Shown here: positions 21,656-31,460 of the stretch, piece after piece | Position numbering within the stretch: position 1 is the first letter of the stretch | Layout of the letters: every line of letters starts with the position of its first letter | Assembly: GCA_963798915.1 (NCBI GenBank) | Contig: CAWCVB010000005.1 | Coordinates: forward strand, 185,291-249,290 | From: an uncultured Gemmatimonadales bacterium | GTDB lineage: Bacteria > Gemmatimonadota > Gemmatimonadetes > Gemmatimonadales > GWC2-71-9 | Reading direction: 5' to 3' | DNA length: 64,000 bases | Position numbers and translations under genes: made by a program | Notes under the pieces: model-generated | Seen by the model: the letters and a program-made list of their open reading frames with translations, nothing else | Database searches by the model: none | What the model was told of the DNA's origin: nothing

Positions 21656-23572
21656 TCAGCAGTCAGGCGCCATCGCTGGAGCTAACGCTCCAGTCGAGAC
21701 GAGCGGCCGGCTGGCCCTGCCGAAGCCGCTCGAGTGCGCCCGCTCGAGCCAGAGATGGAGCGCCAGCACCCGCCACAACTGATGGCTATGGTCACGCCGC
21801 CCGCGAAGGTGCTCATCGACCAGCCGCCGAACGGCACGCTCGTCCACGTACTCCAGCGCCGGGCTGGCGGCCCCAAGCTGGATGATCCGGCCCGGAGCTG
21901 ATGCCGGAACCACCGGTCGAGCGGCACCGCAAATCCCTGCTTGGGCTTGGTCAGCACAATCTCGGGAACAATGCCCTGAATCGCCTTTCGGAAGATCCAC
22001 TTTCCCGTCCCGTCGCGCAGCTTGAGCGCACCTGGCAGTGAGGCGGCGAACTCCACCAGCGGATGGTCAAGGAGCGGCACTCGCGCTTCCAGCGACACGG
22101 CCATGCTGGTCCGGTCCACTTTGGTCAGGATGTCACCGGGAAGATAGGTCTGCATGTCCACCATGGTGAGCGCCGTGACCGGGTCCCGGCCTCCCGTGCC
22201 CTCGAACCAGTGGGCGAGCAGGTGGGTGAATGCGGGTAGTCTCCGGGCCAGCTCCGGGCGCGCCACGCCGCCCTCGGCAGCGCCGGATCGGCTGCGCTAC
22301 AGTCGTAGCGTACCGGCCCTGCCATGAGCGCCCCAGGTCCAGCAGGCGATTGCGCCCATACGCGCCGTGGGGAAGCAGGCGCCCGCCATGGCCGGAATGG
22401 GCCTGAGCGGCAGCCGGGAGGACGCCGCGGCGCATCACGTCGGCGTAGCGAGTGTAACCGGCAAAAAGCTCATCGCCGCCATCCCCTGACAGCGCCACCG
22501 TCACCTGTCGCCGCGCCAGCTCGGACACGAAATAAGTCGGCAAGGCCGAGGAGTCGGCAAACGGCTCGTCAAACAGGGCGACCAGGCCGTCGATGACCCG
22601 ATCTGCCTCGGGGGTGAGGATCAGTTCGTAGTGGTCGGTACCGAGCGCCTCCGCCACCTTCCTGGCATGGGGCGCTTCGTTATAGCCCATCTCCTCGAAG
22701 CCAATCGAGAACGTCTTGACCCGCCCCGCCGCGCCTCGCGCCATCAGCGCGACGACGGTCGAACTGTCGAGCCCTCCCGACAGAAAGGCGCCGAGCGGCA
22801 CCTCGGATTCCAGGTGGCTGCTGACGGCCTGGTCCAGCAGGCGGCGGATTTCGACAACTGCCTCTTCCGCTGAAATCCTGAGTTCAGGGCGGATCGGGCT
22901 CCAGTAGCGCCGCACCGACATGTTGTCAGGGTCGTCTGCCTGCCAGGCCAGGGTGTGTCCGGGCAGGAGCTTGTGCACGTCCTGGTACACGCTCATCGGG
23001 TCGGGCACGTATCCCAGCGCCAGATACCAGGCAATCGCGTCGTCGGAGATCGCCGGAGCCGTGTCACTCCCGGCCAGCAGCGACCGCAGTTCGCTGCAGA
23101 AGCGCAGTGTGCCGTCGCGGAGTTCGTAGTACAGCGGCTTGATGCCCAGCCGATCACGGGCGATCAGCAGCCGCTGCCGCCTCGCATCCCAGAGGGCGAA
23201 CGCGAACATCCCCCTGAGGTGGGACACCACGTCATCGCCCCATTCCTCGTAGCCGTGGACGATGGTCTCGGTGTCAGCATGAGTGCGGAACTGGTGGCGC
23301 TGAGCGCTGAGCGCTGAGCGCAAGGCGTGATGATTGTAGATCTCGCCATTGAAGACGATCTGCACGCTGCCGTCTTCATTGCCGATGGGCTGGCGCCCGC
23401 CCGCGACATCGATGATGCTGAGCCGTCGCATGCCCAGGCCAACGCCGGGTGCGGTGAAGTGGCCCTCGTCATCGGGCCCACGATGGCGGATCGCGCTGCA
23501 CATGCGCCCCAGCAGCGCATCCGCCTCGTCGGGTGGGAGGGAGAGTCCGGCGAATCCGGCGATGCCGCACAT
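21656..23572 (-). CDS. asnB: Second asparagine synthase-like amidotransferase (frameshifts in the 3' third)
   Basis: MCGIAG, HRGPDD, RDRLGIKPLYY, LSGGLDS, GDGGDELF, YLPGDILTKVDRTSMAVSLEARVPLLD, KQGFAVP. Confidence 0.88.
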
Positions 23573-23574
23573 GG

Positions 23575-24940
23575 TCAGGCTGCTCGGGGCAGCACAAGAC
23601 GGCGCGCTTCGGCCGCCTCGCGCTCGCACACCGTCGCCACGGCCCAGATGAGGGCGATGTGAATATAGAGAAAGGTCAGCTTCGAATAGCTGCCCCAGAT
23701 GCCGGCCACCAGGAAGCAGAGCAGCCCAAGCTCCAGGAACCGCAACTGCAACGCTCCCTCTCGGTAGACGTAGCGCACTCGTCGTCGCACCCGCATCGAG
23801 TGGGCCACCGTCGCGCCGACCAGGACCAGAAAGAGACAGCAAGCCGATGAACCCGTTTTCGGCCGCCAGGGTGAGGTAGGTGCTGTGTGCATCGCGGTTG
23901 CCGAGCACGTCTGAGGCCGACCCGTTGGCATACGAGTAGGCGCCGAGGCCTACCCCGGTCAGATCGGATGCGCCTTGACGATCCGGAAGCCGGTCTGCCA
24001 GATGGCCCAGCGCTGCGCCGCTGAGCCCTCCTGGTCCACCTCATTGAGGGTGGACGTCGAGGTGGCGTAGCGCAGGCCCTTGAGCCGCTCCCACACGCCA
24101 TGCGGAGCAATCGCCACGAGCAGCGCGGCGACGAGCGTCAGGCTGCCGATGATCTTTGCCTTCTTGGGATGCCCCCAGACCGCGGCTATGACGAAGATGG
24201 CGAGCGCCACCAGGACCGCTCTCGACTGCGTGACGACGATGGTGAAGGGAAGCACCAGCACGGCGAACAGGGCGCCGAGCCGCACGATGCCCCGTCGTTC
24301 GGTCACCAGCAGCGCCGCCGCCATCGACAGCTGCAATAGCGCGAGTGCGGCCATGTCGTTCGGGTTATGAAAGATCCCCCGGTACCAGGCGGCCCGGCCA
24401 AAGTAGGTGTTGCCGGTCAGGTAGTTGATAATGGTACCGCGGACCGGGTGAGAGCCAAAAAAGGCGAGAAACATGACCATGAATAGCCAGATCTGCGCCC
24501 GGCTGCGCACAGCATTGACGATGACAAGGTAGATCAGCCCCACCTTGGTGAGGTCGAGCAAGGCAGTCAAGGCCACGCCGCGCCATGGCGATACCACGGC
24601 GCCCATCGCGGCCCAGAGCAGGAAAACGCCAGAAAAAGCCGGCACTGGCCGGAAAGCGGAGCCCGTTCGGCAGCAGCAGCAGCCCAACCAGTCCGAGGAT
24701 GACGGACGCCTCCCCGATCGGAAGGCGATAGGTGACCGAGGCAAACAGGTAGCCGAGGATGCCGATGAACGACAGCGACCAGGAGACCGCGCCCAGCCGG
24801 GACCGCAGGCGCACGAGGCCGGCCCAGACGTCGTGCATGCGACGGCGATCGGTGCCGCGCGACTTCGAGCCGGACGCAACCGGCGCTTGAAGCACGCCGA
24901 CCTGGTCCGCTGCCGGGGCGGCCGTCACGGAGCGGTTCAT
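23575..24940 (-). CDS. O-antigen ligase / Wzy-like polymerase family membrane protein (frameshifts at ~24650, ~23960 and ~23840)
   Basis: Many TM helices, GIFHNPND, TQSRA, SAAQRWAIW, GVGLG, AHSTYLTLAAENGFIG (Wzy_C motif). Confidence 0.85.
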
Positions 24941-24963
24941 GCGCCAGCCCTCTGGGCGCCGCT

Positions 24964-26094
24964 TCACCGTGCCAGCTCCTCGTAGAGTGCCATCAATTGA
25001 TTCAGAACCACCTCGTCCGAAAATCGGTCCCTCGCCGTCTGCTGGCCGGCACGGCCAAGTGCCGCCGCGAACTCGGAGTCGCCGCGCAGCCGGTCGAGTG
25101 CACCGGCGAATCCGGCGTCATCATCGTCCGGAACCAGCAGACCGGTGACGCCGTCGGTGACAGCATCCCGCACGCCACCGACATCGGTGGCGATCACTGG
25201 TCGCCCCGCAGCCATTGCTTCGACCACCGCGTTGGGAAATCCTTCGCTTCGGGATGTCAGCGCCGATACGTCGAACAGCGCATGAGGATTGGGGCGATTC
25301 GGCAGGGTGCCGGTAAACGTGACCCTTCCGCCGAGACCCCAGTCACGGGCGAGCTGTTCCAGCGACTCGCGCTCGGGTCCCTCTCCGACAATGACAATAT
25401 GCACGCCCGGGCCGCCCGCTGTGAGCCGTCGCACCGCGCGGAAGAGCAATTGATGATTCTTTACCGGCGTGAGCCGGGCGACGATGCCGATGACCCAGCG
25501 ATCGGCCGGGATGCCGAGCGCGGTGCGACTCGACTGGCGTTGGGCCAGGGCCGGCTGCTCGAACGCATCGTCCTCCAGAAAGTTGGGAACAATCGCCAAT
25601 TGCTCGGCGCGATAGCCGTGATCCTTCACCAGCCCCGCGCCGACGGCGGCGCTGTTGGCAAGGAGCCGGGTAGCGCGGCGCGAGAAGAAATCGTTGAGAC
25701 GGTCGAGCCGCGCCTGCGACGAGTCCGCGCCCCAGCGTCGGCTGGCGATGATGTTCCGCACACCGGCGATCCGGGCCCAGAGGCCGACAAAAATATTGCT
25801 GTAGATGTCATGGCAATGCACCACATCGGGCTGCGCCCGCCGCAGCCAGGCGGCCAGTCGCAGGCCTTGGCGCCAGGCCGCTGGCCCGTACATGTTCTGC
25901 AGCGGAAATGCCGTGACCGGAATACCCGCCTGGTCGTAGCGGGTGCGCAACGGCCCGCTGGCCTGCATGGACACCAGCTGGAGTGAGACCCGCTGGCGAT
26001 CCAGCCGCTCGGCCGTGCGAACGGCGTTCAGTTCGGTGCCACCCACACCGAAATTGTCGGTGGCGAACACGATCTTGAGCGGGGCGCTTGACAG
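24964..26094 (-). CDS. Glycosyltransferase family 4
   Basis: GGTE, VVHCHD, VARLTPVKNH, EGFPNAVVEAMAAG, TDVGG; exact start uncertain. Confidence 0.88.
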   Translation of the reverse strand: MSSAPLKIVFATDNFGVGGTELNAVRTAERLDRQRVSLQLVSMQASGPLRTRYDQAGIPVTAFPLQNMYGPAAWRQGLRLAAWLRRAQPDVVHCHDIYSNIFVGLWARIAGVRNIIASRRWGADSSQARLDRLNDFFSRRATRLLANSAAVGAGLVKDHGYRAEQLAIVPNFLEDDAFEQPALAQRQSSRTALGIPADRWVIGIVARLTPVKNHQLLFRAVRRLTAGGPGVHIVIVGEGPERESLEQLARDWGLGGRVTFTGTLPNRPNPHALFDVSALTSRSEGFPNAVVEAMAAGRPVIATDVGGVRDAVTDGVTGLLVPDDDDAGFAGALDRLRGDSEFAAALGRAGQQTARDRFSDEVVLNQLMALYEELAR

Positions 26095-26320
26095 AGTTCA
26101 ATCCTTGGTGGATGCTCAACGGTTGGGGGCGGAAGCAGCAATCGCTGTGCCCCAGACTCCCGGCGATCGGCAAGGTACACGGGCGGGGTCGCCCAAGCCG
26201 TCACAGTTGTTGTTGTGCCTCCGCATCATGAGGGCAAGAATGAAGCTGATCTGCCCGAAGTCACGTTCGCAAGTCCTTTGCGGTCATGGTGTTAGCAGGG
26301 ACGCTCACGCCAGAGTTGCT

Positions 26321-26336
26321 TAGTACGCTTATTGCT
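26321..26336 (+). promoter_or_regulatory. Possible degenerate sigma-54 promoter of the PEP-CTERM unit
   Basis: TAGTACGCTTATTGCT has correct spacing and a TTGCT box but AG instead of GG at -24; it lies ~25 nt upstream of an AGGAG RBS. Confidence 0.3.
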
Positions 26337-26372
26337 CCTCTGCCAAGCGCCTCTTCACGACAGGAGTGGACC

Positions 26373-26876
26373 ATTCAGGCCAACACCGCAACCGCCCGAT
26401 CCTTGGCCCGCGCCGGATATCCGATTGCGCTCCTGCTGATTCTGGTACCGCTGCTCGACACGGTTCCCAAGGTGTTGCCGGCGCATCCTGGCAGCGCCGA
26501 TTGGCGATATGGAGCGGTGGGTCTGCTGTTCGGGAGCGTCGTGACGCCCATCATCGGGCTCGCGATCGCTGGCGCTGCTGCCTTGATTGCGCGGCAGCGA
26601 GTGGGGCTGATGGTGGTGTCCCTGGTGTTCCTCCTGCTGGCGCTGTTCCTCGTAATCGGAGGCGTCGCCTTTCTCGTTGACTTCGGCGGTATCGCAGCCA
26701 AGCTCAGCGAGCGCGTCACACCAGCGTTCCGCGCGGCCACGGTCAAGACGACCGTGATTGCGGTGCTGGCTGCGCTGGCCTCGTGCTGGCTGGGGCTGGG
26801 CGGCTGGCGTGCGGCGCGCGCGGCAGGTGCGGGGGCCAACGATGGAAGGTCGGCAGGTCTGGTGGTCGGTCACTGA
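26373..26876 (+). CDS. Hypothetical 4-TM membrane protein, paralog of 27778-28293
   Basis: Four hydrophobic segments, WRYGAVG motif; AGGAG RBS 6 nt before an in-frame ATT. Confidence 0.75.
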   Translation: MQANTATARSLARAGYPIALLLILVPLLDTVPKVLPAHPGSADWRYGAVGLLFGSVVTPIIGLAIAGAAALIARQRVGLMVVSLVFLLLALFLVIGGVAFLVDFGGIAAKLSERVTPAFRAATVKTTVIAVLAALASCWLGLGGWRAARAAGAGANDGRSAGLVVGH

Positions 26877-26898
26877 TTCTCACACTCGGAGTTCAATT

Positions 26899-27561
26899 AT
26901 GAAGCTTGGCACGCTACTCAGCCGGAGCGCCCTGGTTGCGGCCTCGCTCGCGATGTTCGCGGGTACGGCACGCGCTGATGGTACTCTTGGCCAACCCCTG
27001 ATCAAGACAGGGGACCTGCAGGCCGCGTTCGTCGGGAGCGATGCGTTCTACGGCGACGATCTCTACTTCTTCCTCACGGTCGGGGACTTCAGCACGGCGC
27101 AGTTCCTGTTCGACAACCATGCGTCGGTGCCGGGAACCGTCGTGGACATCAATGACGGTACGCTCAACGTCGGCGACGAAGCCATCTTCGGCATCTGCGT
27201 CAACGAGAGCGGCGCCTCGCCGCAGCCCGACTGCCCTTCGGCGGACCACATTTATTACAGTGGCACGGCGTCAACCTCCAACGATGACGGCTTGCCTCAC
27301 ACCATCGTCTGGACGCATGACGACTACGAAGCGTACGCTGGCGTGGATCTGGATGCCATGGGCATCGGCGCCGACTACGCGTACATCATCGGCTTCGAGG
27401 ATATCCTCGGTGGTGGTGATGAAGACTACAACGACGCCATCTTCGCCCTGAAGGGCGTCACTGCCGTACCGGAGCCCGTGACCATGACGCTGCTCGCCAC
27501 CGGCCTCGCCGGCATGGGCGGCACTGGCCTGGTGCGCCGTCGCAAGAAGAAGAACACGTAA
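26899..27561 (+). CDS. PEP-CTERM sorting-domain protein with a DUF4114-like acidic motif
   Basis: Signal peptide ending TARA, GFEDILGGGDEDYNDAIF, then VPEP + TM helix + RRRKKK; GGAG RBS. Confidence 0.93.
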   Translation: MKLGTLLSRSALVAASLAMFAGTARADGTLGQPLIKTGDLQAAFVGSDAFYGDDLYFFLTVGDFSTAQFLFDNHASVPGTVVDINDGTLNVGDEAIFGICVNESGASPQPDCPSADHIYYSGTASTSNDDGLPHTIVWTHDDYEAYAGVDLDAMGIGADYAYIIGFEDILGGGDEDYNDAIFALKGVTAVPEPVTMTLLATGLAGMGGTGLVRRRKKKNT

Positions 27562-27590
27562 CACGCGCAGGTCCGATCGATCAGCCAGAC

Positions 27591-27614
27591 ATGGGGCGCC
27601 GCAGGGCGCCCCAT
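27591..27614 (+). terminator. Terminator-like hairpin after the PEP-CTERM gene
   Basis: ATGGGGCGCC-gcag-GGCGCCCCAT, 10-bp stem with a weak T tail. Confidence 0.65.
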
Positions 27615-27777
27615 TCATTGGTAACCCCAAGGCCGAACGCCAAGCACGCTGGTGGCGGCCAGCGCGTCGCGAATAGCGCACCGCGCATAGCGCACGCGCA
27701 TAGCGCTCGCGGCCCCACCTTGTGCAATCCCGGCTGGGGCACAACCTTACGGCACCTGACTTCAACCGAACTGCGCC

Positions 27778-28293
27778 ATGGCACAGACTCCCATTCCTGC
27801 CCGTCCTTGGCTCCGCGGCCTCTACGCCCTCGGGGCGCTGCTCCTGCTGCAGCCACCGCTCGAGGTGGTGGCCGCTGCCTGGCCGCTGCGCCTGTCGGAA
27901 GTCGGTTGGCGTTTCGGATTCGTGGGCGGGCTGCAGCATCTGATTTCCACATTCGTCGTGGGCATGGCACTATTGGCGCTGGCTGCCTACCTGCTGCAGC
28001 ACCGTCTGGTGCTGCGGGGAGTGGCGATCGCTGCGTTGCTGATGGGTGTGCTGCTGATCCTCGGCATGGCCAGCTTTGCGCTGGACTACGTGCAGCTGCG
28101 GCGCATGGTGAGACCTGAGCTGGTGGGCAAGTTTGATATGGCCGCCATGCGTGCGGGCATCAGCCTGCTGCTGGCCATCGTGGCATTGTCAGTGCTGGGC
28201 TATACGGGTATGGTGGCGAGTCGGGTCACCGACGGGCGGCGTGCCACCCGCCGGTCCAGCGCCGGCGAAGGATTGATTGTCGGGCGTAGCTGA
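27778..28293 (+). CDS. Hypothetical 4-TM membrane protein, paralog of 26373-26876
   Basis: Four hydrophobic segments, WRFGFVG motif, C-terminal GLIVG. Confidence 0.8.
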   Translation: MAQTPIPARPWLRGLYALGALLLLQPPLEVVAAAWPLRLSEVGWRFGFVGGLQHLISTFVVGMALLALAAYLLQHRLVLRGVAIAALLMGVLLILGMASFALDYVQLRRMVRPELVGKFDMAAMRAGISLLLAIVALSVLGYTGMVASRVTDGRRATRRSSAGEGLIVGRS

Positions 28294-28294
28294 A

Positions 28295-28933
28295 TCAGGC
28301 GGGTGCGGGCAGGAGTCGCCGCACGGCCGGCACCAGCATCTGGCCCACGCTGGTCGCGAGTGAGTCGGCGTTGGTCATGCGCTCCGTGAGTGGAACGACA
28401 ATCCGAACCAGAGCTTCTTCCGAGCGGCCCGTCAGGGCCGCGTCACGCAATAATTCCCACTTGACCTTGTACTCATTGGCCTCGACCCGTCCCCGGCCTT
28501 CATACCAGTAATACACCAGCGCGCGCGCATTCTTGTTCGCCAGCACATAGCGATTCACCATGACCGTATCGCTGCCCAGTACCAGCGGATGGCGTCCGGC
28601 GTTGAGCGGCTCCCAGCCGGCGCCCGGCAGGCAATTCTTCGGCGAGTGAATCGTGCGCCCCTGGGTCTGCTGCTGGTAGTAGCCGACGTAGACCGAGAAC
28701 GCCGAGACCGTGTCGGGCGTGGCGAAGATTCGGAGAACGTAATCCGACATGCCGGCCACCGCCTGCTGGTCGGCCGGAATGCTCTGGTCGTAGCCGGTGT
28801 AGATGCCGAGTTGCCGGGGCAGCGACGCGAGGTCACCCCGGAGGGAAACGGCCTGCTGCCGTTGGATGCTGAAGAGCAGCAGGCACCCGCAGCCCATGAT
28901 GCCGGCCGGCAGCCAGCGATGCCAGTCACGCAT
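28295..28933 (-). CDS. epsI: EpsI family exosortase-associated periplasmic protein
   Basis: One N-terminal TM, YVGYYQQQ, IHSPKNCLPGAGW, LVYYWY; overlaps the exosortase stop. Confidence 0.9.
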   Translation of the reverse strand: MRDWHRWLPAGIMGCGCLLLFSIQRQQAVSLRGDLASLPRQLGIYTGYDQSIPADQQAVAGMSDYVLRIFATPDTVSAFSVYVGYYQQQTQGRTIHSPKNCLPGAGWEPLNAGRHPLVLGSDTVMVNRYVLANKNARALVYYWYEGRGRVEANEYKVKWELLRDAALTGRSEEALVRIVVPLTERMTNADSLATSVGQMLVPAVRRLLPAPA

Positions 28934-29813
28934 CAGGCGCGTCCTTTTCGAGTCGGCGCTCGACCGTCCGGGCCACCCAGGCCAGGACACCGAGCAGTCC
29001 GAACGCCACGATGAACAGCAGCCAGCCCTCCGTCAGGTGCATGAACCCTTCGCCCAGCTTCGGGTCCACAAAGAACACCAGGAAGCCGGTGAAGAAGACC
29101 CGCACCGCATTGATGAGAATCGCCACAGGGATCGCCAGCAGCAGGACCAGGATCCGAGCGACCGGGGTCCGAAGCCAGAGCCCGCCCACCAGCACGCCCA
29201 GCGAGAGCAGGGCAGTCAGCGACCGAAGGCCGCTGCAGGCCTCGGTGACGAAGAGCTGGTGTCCCGGGAGGTTGATCACGTTGCCGGACAACACGACCGG
29301 AATGTCACGCGAGCGCAGCAGCGCCGCGCCCATCCGGGACGCCTGGAACTGGAGCGGCAGGGCCAATGCGTTGGTCACCAATGCCGGCCATGGAATGGAC
29401 AGGAAAAGGAGCACGGCCGGCAACCACCAGTGCAGCAACTGCCGCCATCCCCAGAGGAAGACCACCAGGCCGGCCATCGCCATGACCATCGACACCCGCA
29501 TGGTGAAGACTTCGGCCGCGAGCCCTGAGAGGTAGCGCAGGAGGACGGCGCCGCCGAGGATGGCACTTCCCCAGGCGAGCCGCGGCACGCGCACCGGCAG
29601 CAGCCCGCGCCGCCAGGCCAGCCAGAGGGCCAGGGGCGCCAGCAGCAGCCCATGGCCCGCCTCAGGGTTGCTCCACCAGTCGCGCACCAGCAACTGGGCC
29701 GGTTTCGCAAACAGGATCGCAAAGGCCAGCACCGCCAGCGTGGCCGGCAACGCCAGCGCCGGGCGCCGGGTGAGGCTGCCGAGGGAAGGCACCGTTTCGG
29801 CAGTGGCCGTCAC
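28926..29813 (-). CDS. epsH: Exosortase (EpsH family)
   Basis: About 8 TM; HGLL; catalytic VTEACSGLRSL, NAVRV and FMHLTEGW (Cys/Arg/His). Confidence 0.95.
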   Translation of the reverse strand: MTATAETVPSLGSLTRRPALALPATLAVLAFAILFAKPAQLLVRDWWSNPEAGHGLLLAPLALWLAWRRGLLPVRVPRLAWGSAILGGAVLLRYLSGLAAEVFTMRVSMVMAMAGLVVFLWGWRQLLHWWLPAVLLFLSIPWPALVTNALALPLQFQASRMGAALLRSRDIPVVLSGNVINLPGHQLFVTEACSGLRSLTALLSLGVLVGGLWLRTPVARILVLLLAIPVAILINAVRVFFTGFLVFFVDPKLGEGFMHLTEGWLLFIVAFGLLGVLAWVARTVERRLEKDAPDA

Positions 29814-29816
29814 GAC

Positions 29817-30590
29817 CTACCAGCCACCGCGGCGGAACAGCATGACGGGAATCGTCTGCAGCATGATCTTGAGGTCTTCGAGAATGCCCTGCCGCTCGAT
29901 GTACTTCAGGTCATAACTGACCTTCGTCTTCACGTCCTCGATGCAGCGGTCATAGTGGTGGTTGATCTGCGCCAGGCCGGTGATCCCGGGTTTGGCGCGC
30001 TGCCGCTGCGGATATTCGCCGATGTGCTCGCGCAGCTGGGCAAAGATGGTGGGTCGCTCCGGCCGCGGGCCAACGATATTCATCTCGCCGCGCAGCACGT
30101 TGTAGAGCTGGGGCAGTTCGTCCAGTCGGTACTGGCGCAGATAGCGGCCCACCCAGGTCACCCGCGGATCATTGTTCTGGGCCCAGACGGCGCCAGAGCC
30201 GGACTCCGCATTCATGGTCATTGTCCGGAACTTGTAGATCCGGAATGGCTTGCCCCCAATGTCCTCGCGCCGGCGATGGTTCATGCTGTCGGGTCCGAGA
30301 CCGCGGCGGTCCAGTCCGACCCGGGTCTGGGTGTAGATCACCGGCCCGTGGGAAGTGAGCCGGACCAGCAGGGCAACCAGCAACAGCACCGGCAGGGCCA
30401 CGATCAGGCCCAGCAGCGCGAGAGTGAAGTTCAGCACCCGACGCAGGCGCTCGGCGGTGCTCAGCATGGTGCCTTCCACCGGCACGGCGACAGCCGGCCG
30501 CTGGGAGATATCGGGACGACTGACGGCGCCGGACAGGGTCCGGCGTCGCGTCGGAGTGTGCTCGCGAATTCCCGGCATGGCAATGCCCAT
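29817..30590 (-). CDS. Priming sugar (phosphoglycosyl) transferase, Bac_transf family
   Basis: YKFRTM, DPRVT, LDELPQL, VGPRPE, KPGITGLAQI. Confidence 0.92.
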   Translation of the reverse strand: MGIAMPGIREHTPTRRRTLSGAVSRPDISQRPAVAVPVEGTMLSTAERLRRVLNFTLALLGLIVALPVLLLVALLVRLTSHGPVIYTQTRVGLDRRGLGPDSMNHRRREDIGGKPFRIYKFRTMTMNAESGSGAVWAQNNDPRVTWVGRYLRQYRLDELPQLYNVLRGEMNIVGPRPERPTIFAQLREHIGEYPQRQRAKPGITGLAQINHHYDRCIEDVKTKVSYDLKYIERQGILEDLKIMLQTIPVMLFRRGGW

Positions 30591-30609
30591 GTCGTCTTCG
30601 ACCTTCTGG

Positions 30610-31338
30610 TTAGAAGATTCGGGTTGCAAAGTAGATTCCCGTAAACAGGCCCGTGAGAAGCCCGACCGTCTGCAACGCTCCGCGCCAGCCTCCGGGCTTC
30701 TCGCCGACCACGAACTGATCGCCTCCCTGAATATTCAGCTGGTCGAGGGAGGTTCCTGCCGCCAGGGCCGTCTGCATCTGGTCTCGCGTGATGATGGTCG
30801 AGTCGCCGCGGTGAATCTCCACTTTTTGCAGACTGGCGTTGGTGTTGGGCCCGCCGGCCACCATCACGACCTGTGATACCGGCGTTTCTGCCGGCACGCT
30901 GAAGAAACCGGGCCGGTTGACGGCGCCGGTGACGGCAACCCGCACCAGCGCCACCGCGTCCACCTGCGGATTCCGGATGTATTCGGCAATCTTCTTGGCC
31001 ATGAAGTCCTGCAGCTCGGAGCGCAGGAGGCCGTGCAGCGAAAACTGTGGCACGTTGGGGAGCTTGAGGACCTGGCCCGTCCGCACCGTGAACGTGTCGC
31101 TCAGGGTGCTTTCTTCCACCACGCTCAGGGCAATGAGATCGCCCGCGTGGAAGTCACCATTCTCAAGTCGGTCCTGGATGGCCGCCCGGTGCTCACCCGA
31201 CGCCCCCTGCAGCATGCTCTGCAGTTCAGCACGCGACGCCATGGCCCTGCTCGTAGCGACCGAGTCCTGCGCGATCAGCGCAGGGGGAATCGCCGCGACG
31301 GCGAGGGCAATCAGCAGGTAGCGAACAGTGAAGCGCAT
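30610..31338 (-). CDS. Polysaccharide export protein (Wza/OPX-like, SLBB domain)
   Basis: Signal peptide, GDLI..V, YIRNPQV, VAVTGAVNRPG, AGG, C-terminal amphipathic helix; GGAG RBS. Confidence 0.82.
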   Translation of the reverse strand: MRFTVRYLLIALAVAAIPPALIAQDSVATSRAMASRAELQSMLQGASGEHRAAIQDRLENGDFHAGDLIALSVVEESTLSDTFTVRTGQVLKLPNVPQFSLHGLLRSELQDFMAKKIAEYIRNPQVDAVALVRVAVTGAVNRPGFFSVPAETPVSQVVMVAGGPNTNASLQKVEIHRGDSTIITRDQMQTALAAGTSLDQLNIQGGDQFVVGEKPGGWRGALQTVGLLTGLFTGIYFATRIF

Positions 31339-31460
31339 GGGTCTCCGCAATCGGTGAGTAGTGGGCCAGCGCCGTCCTCGAAGAACTCTACGAAGTTAAC
31401 TCGCCGGGCTCGGATTCCCGTGAGCGACCTCACGGCTGCTCCTGCCGGGACGTGCGTGGC

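Noticed and set aside
22133..23908. Apparent ligase-AsnB fusion ORF
   Set aside because: Created by frameshifts. AsnB has its own MCGI start at 23572, which the Ntn fold needs at the N-terminus.
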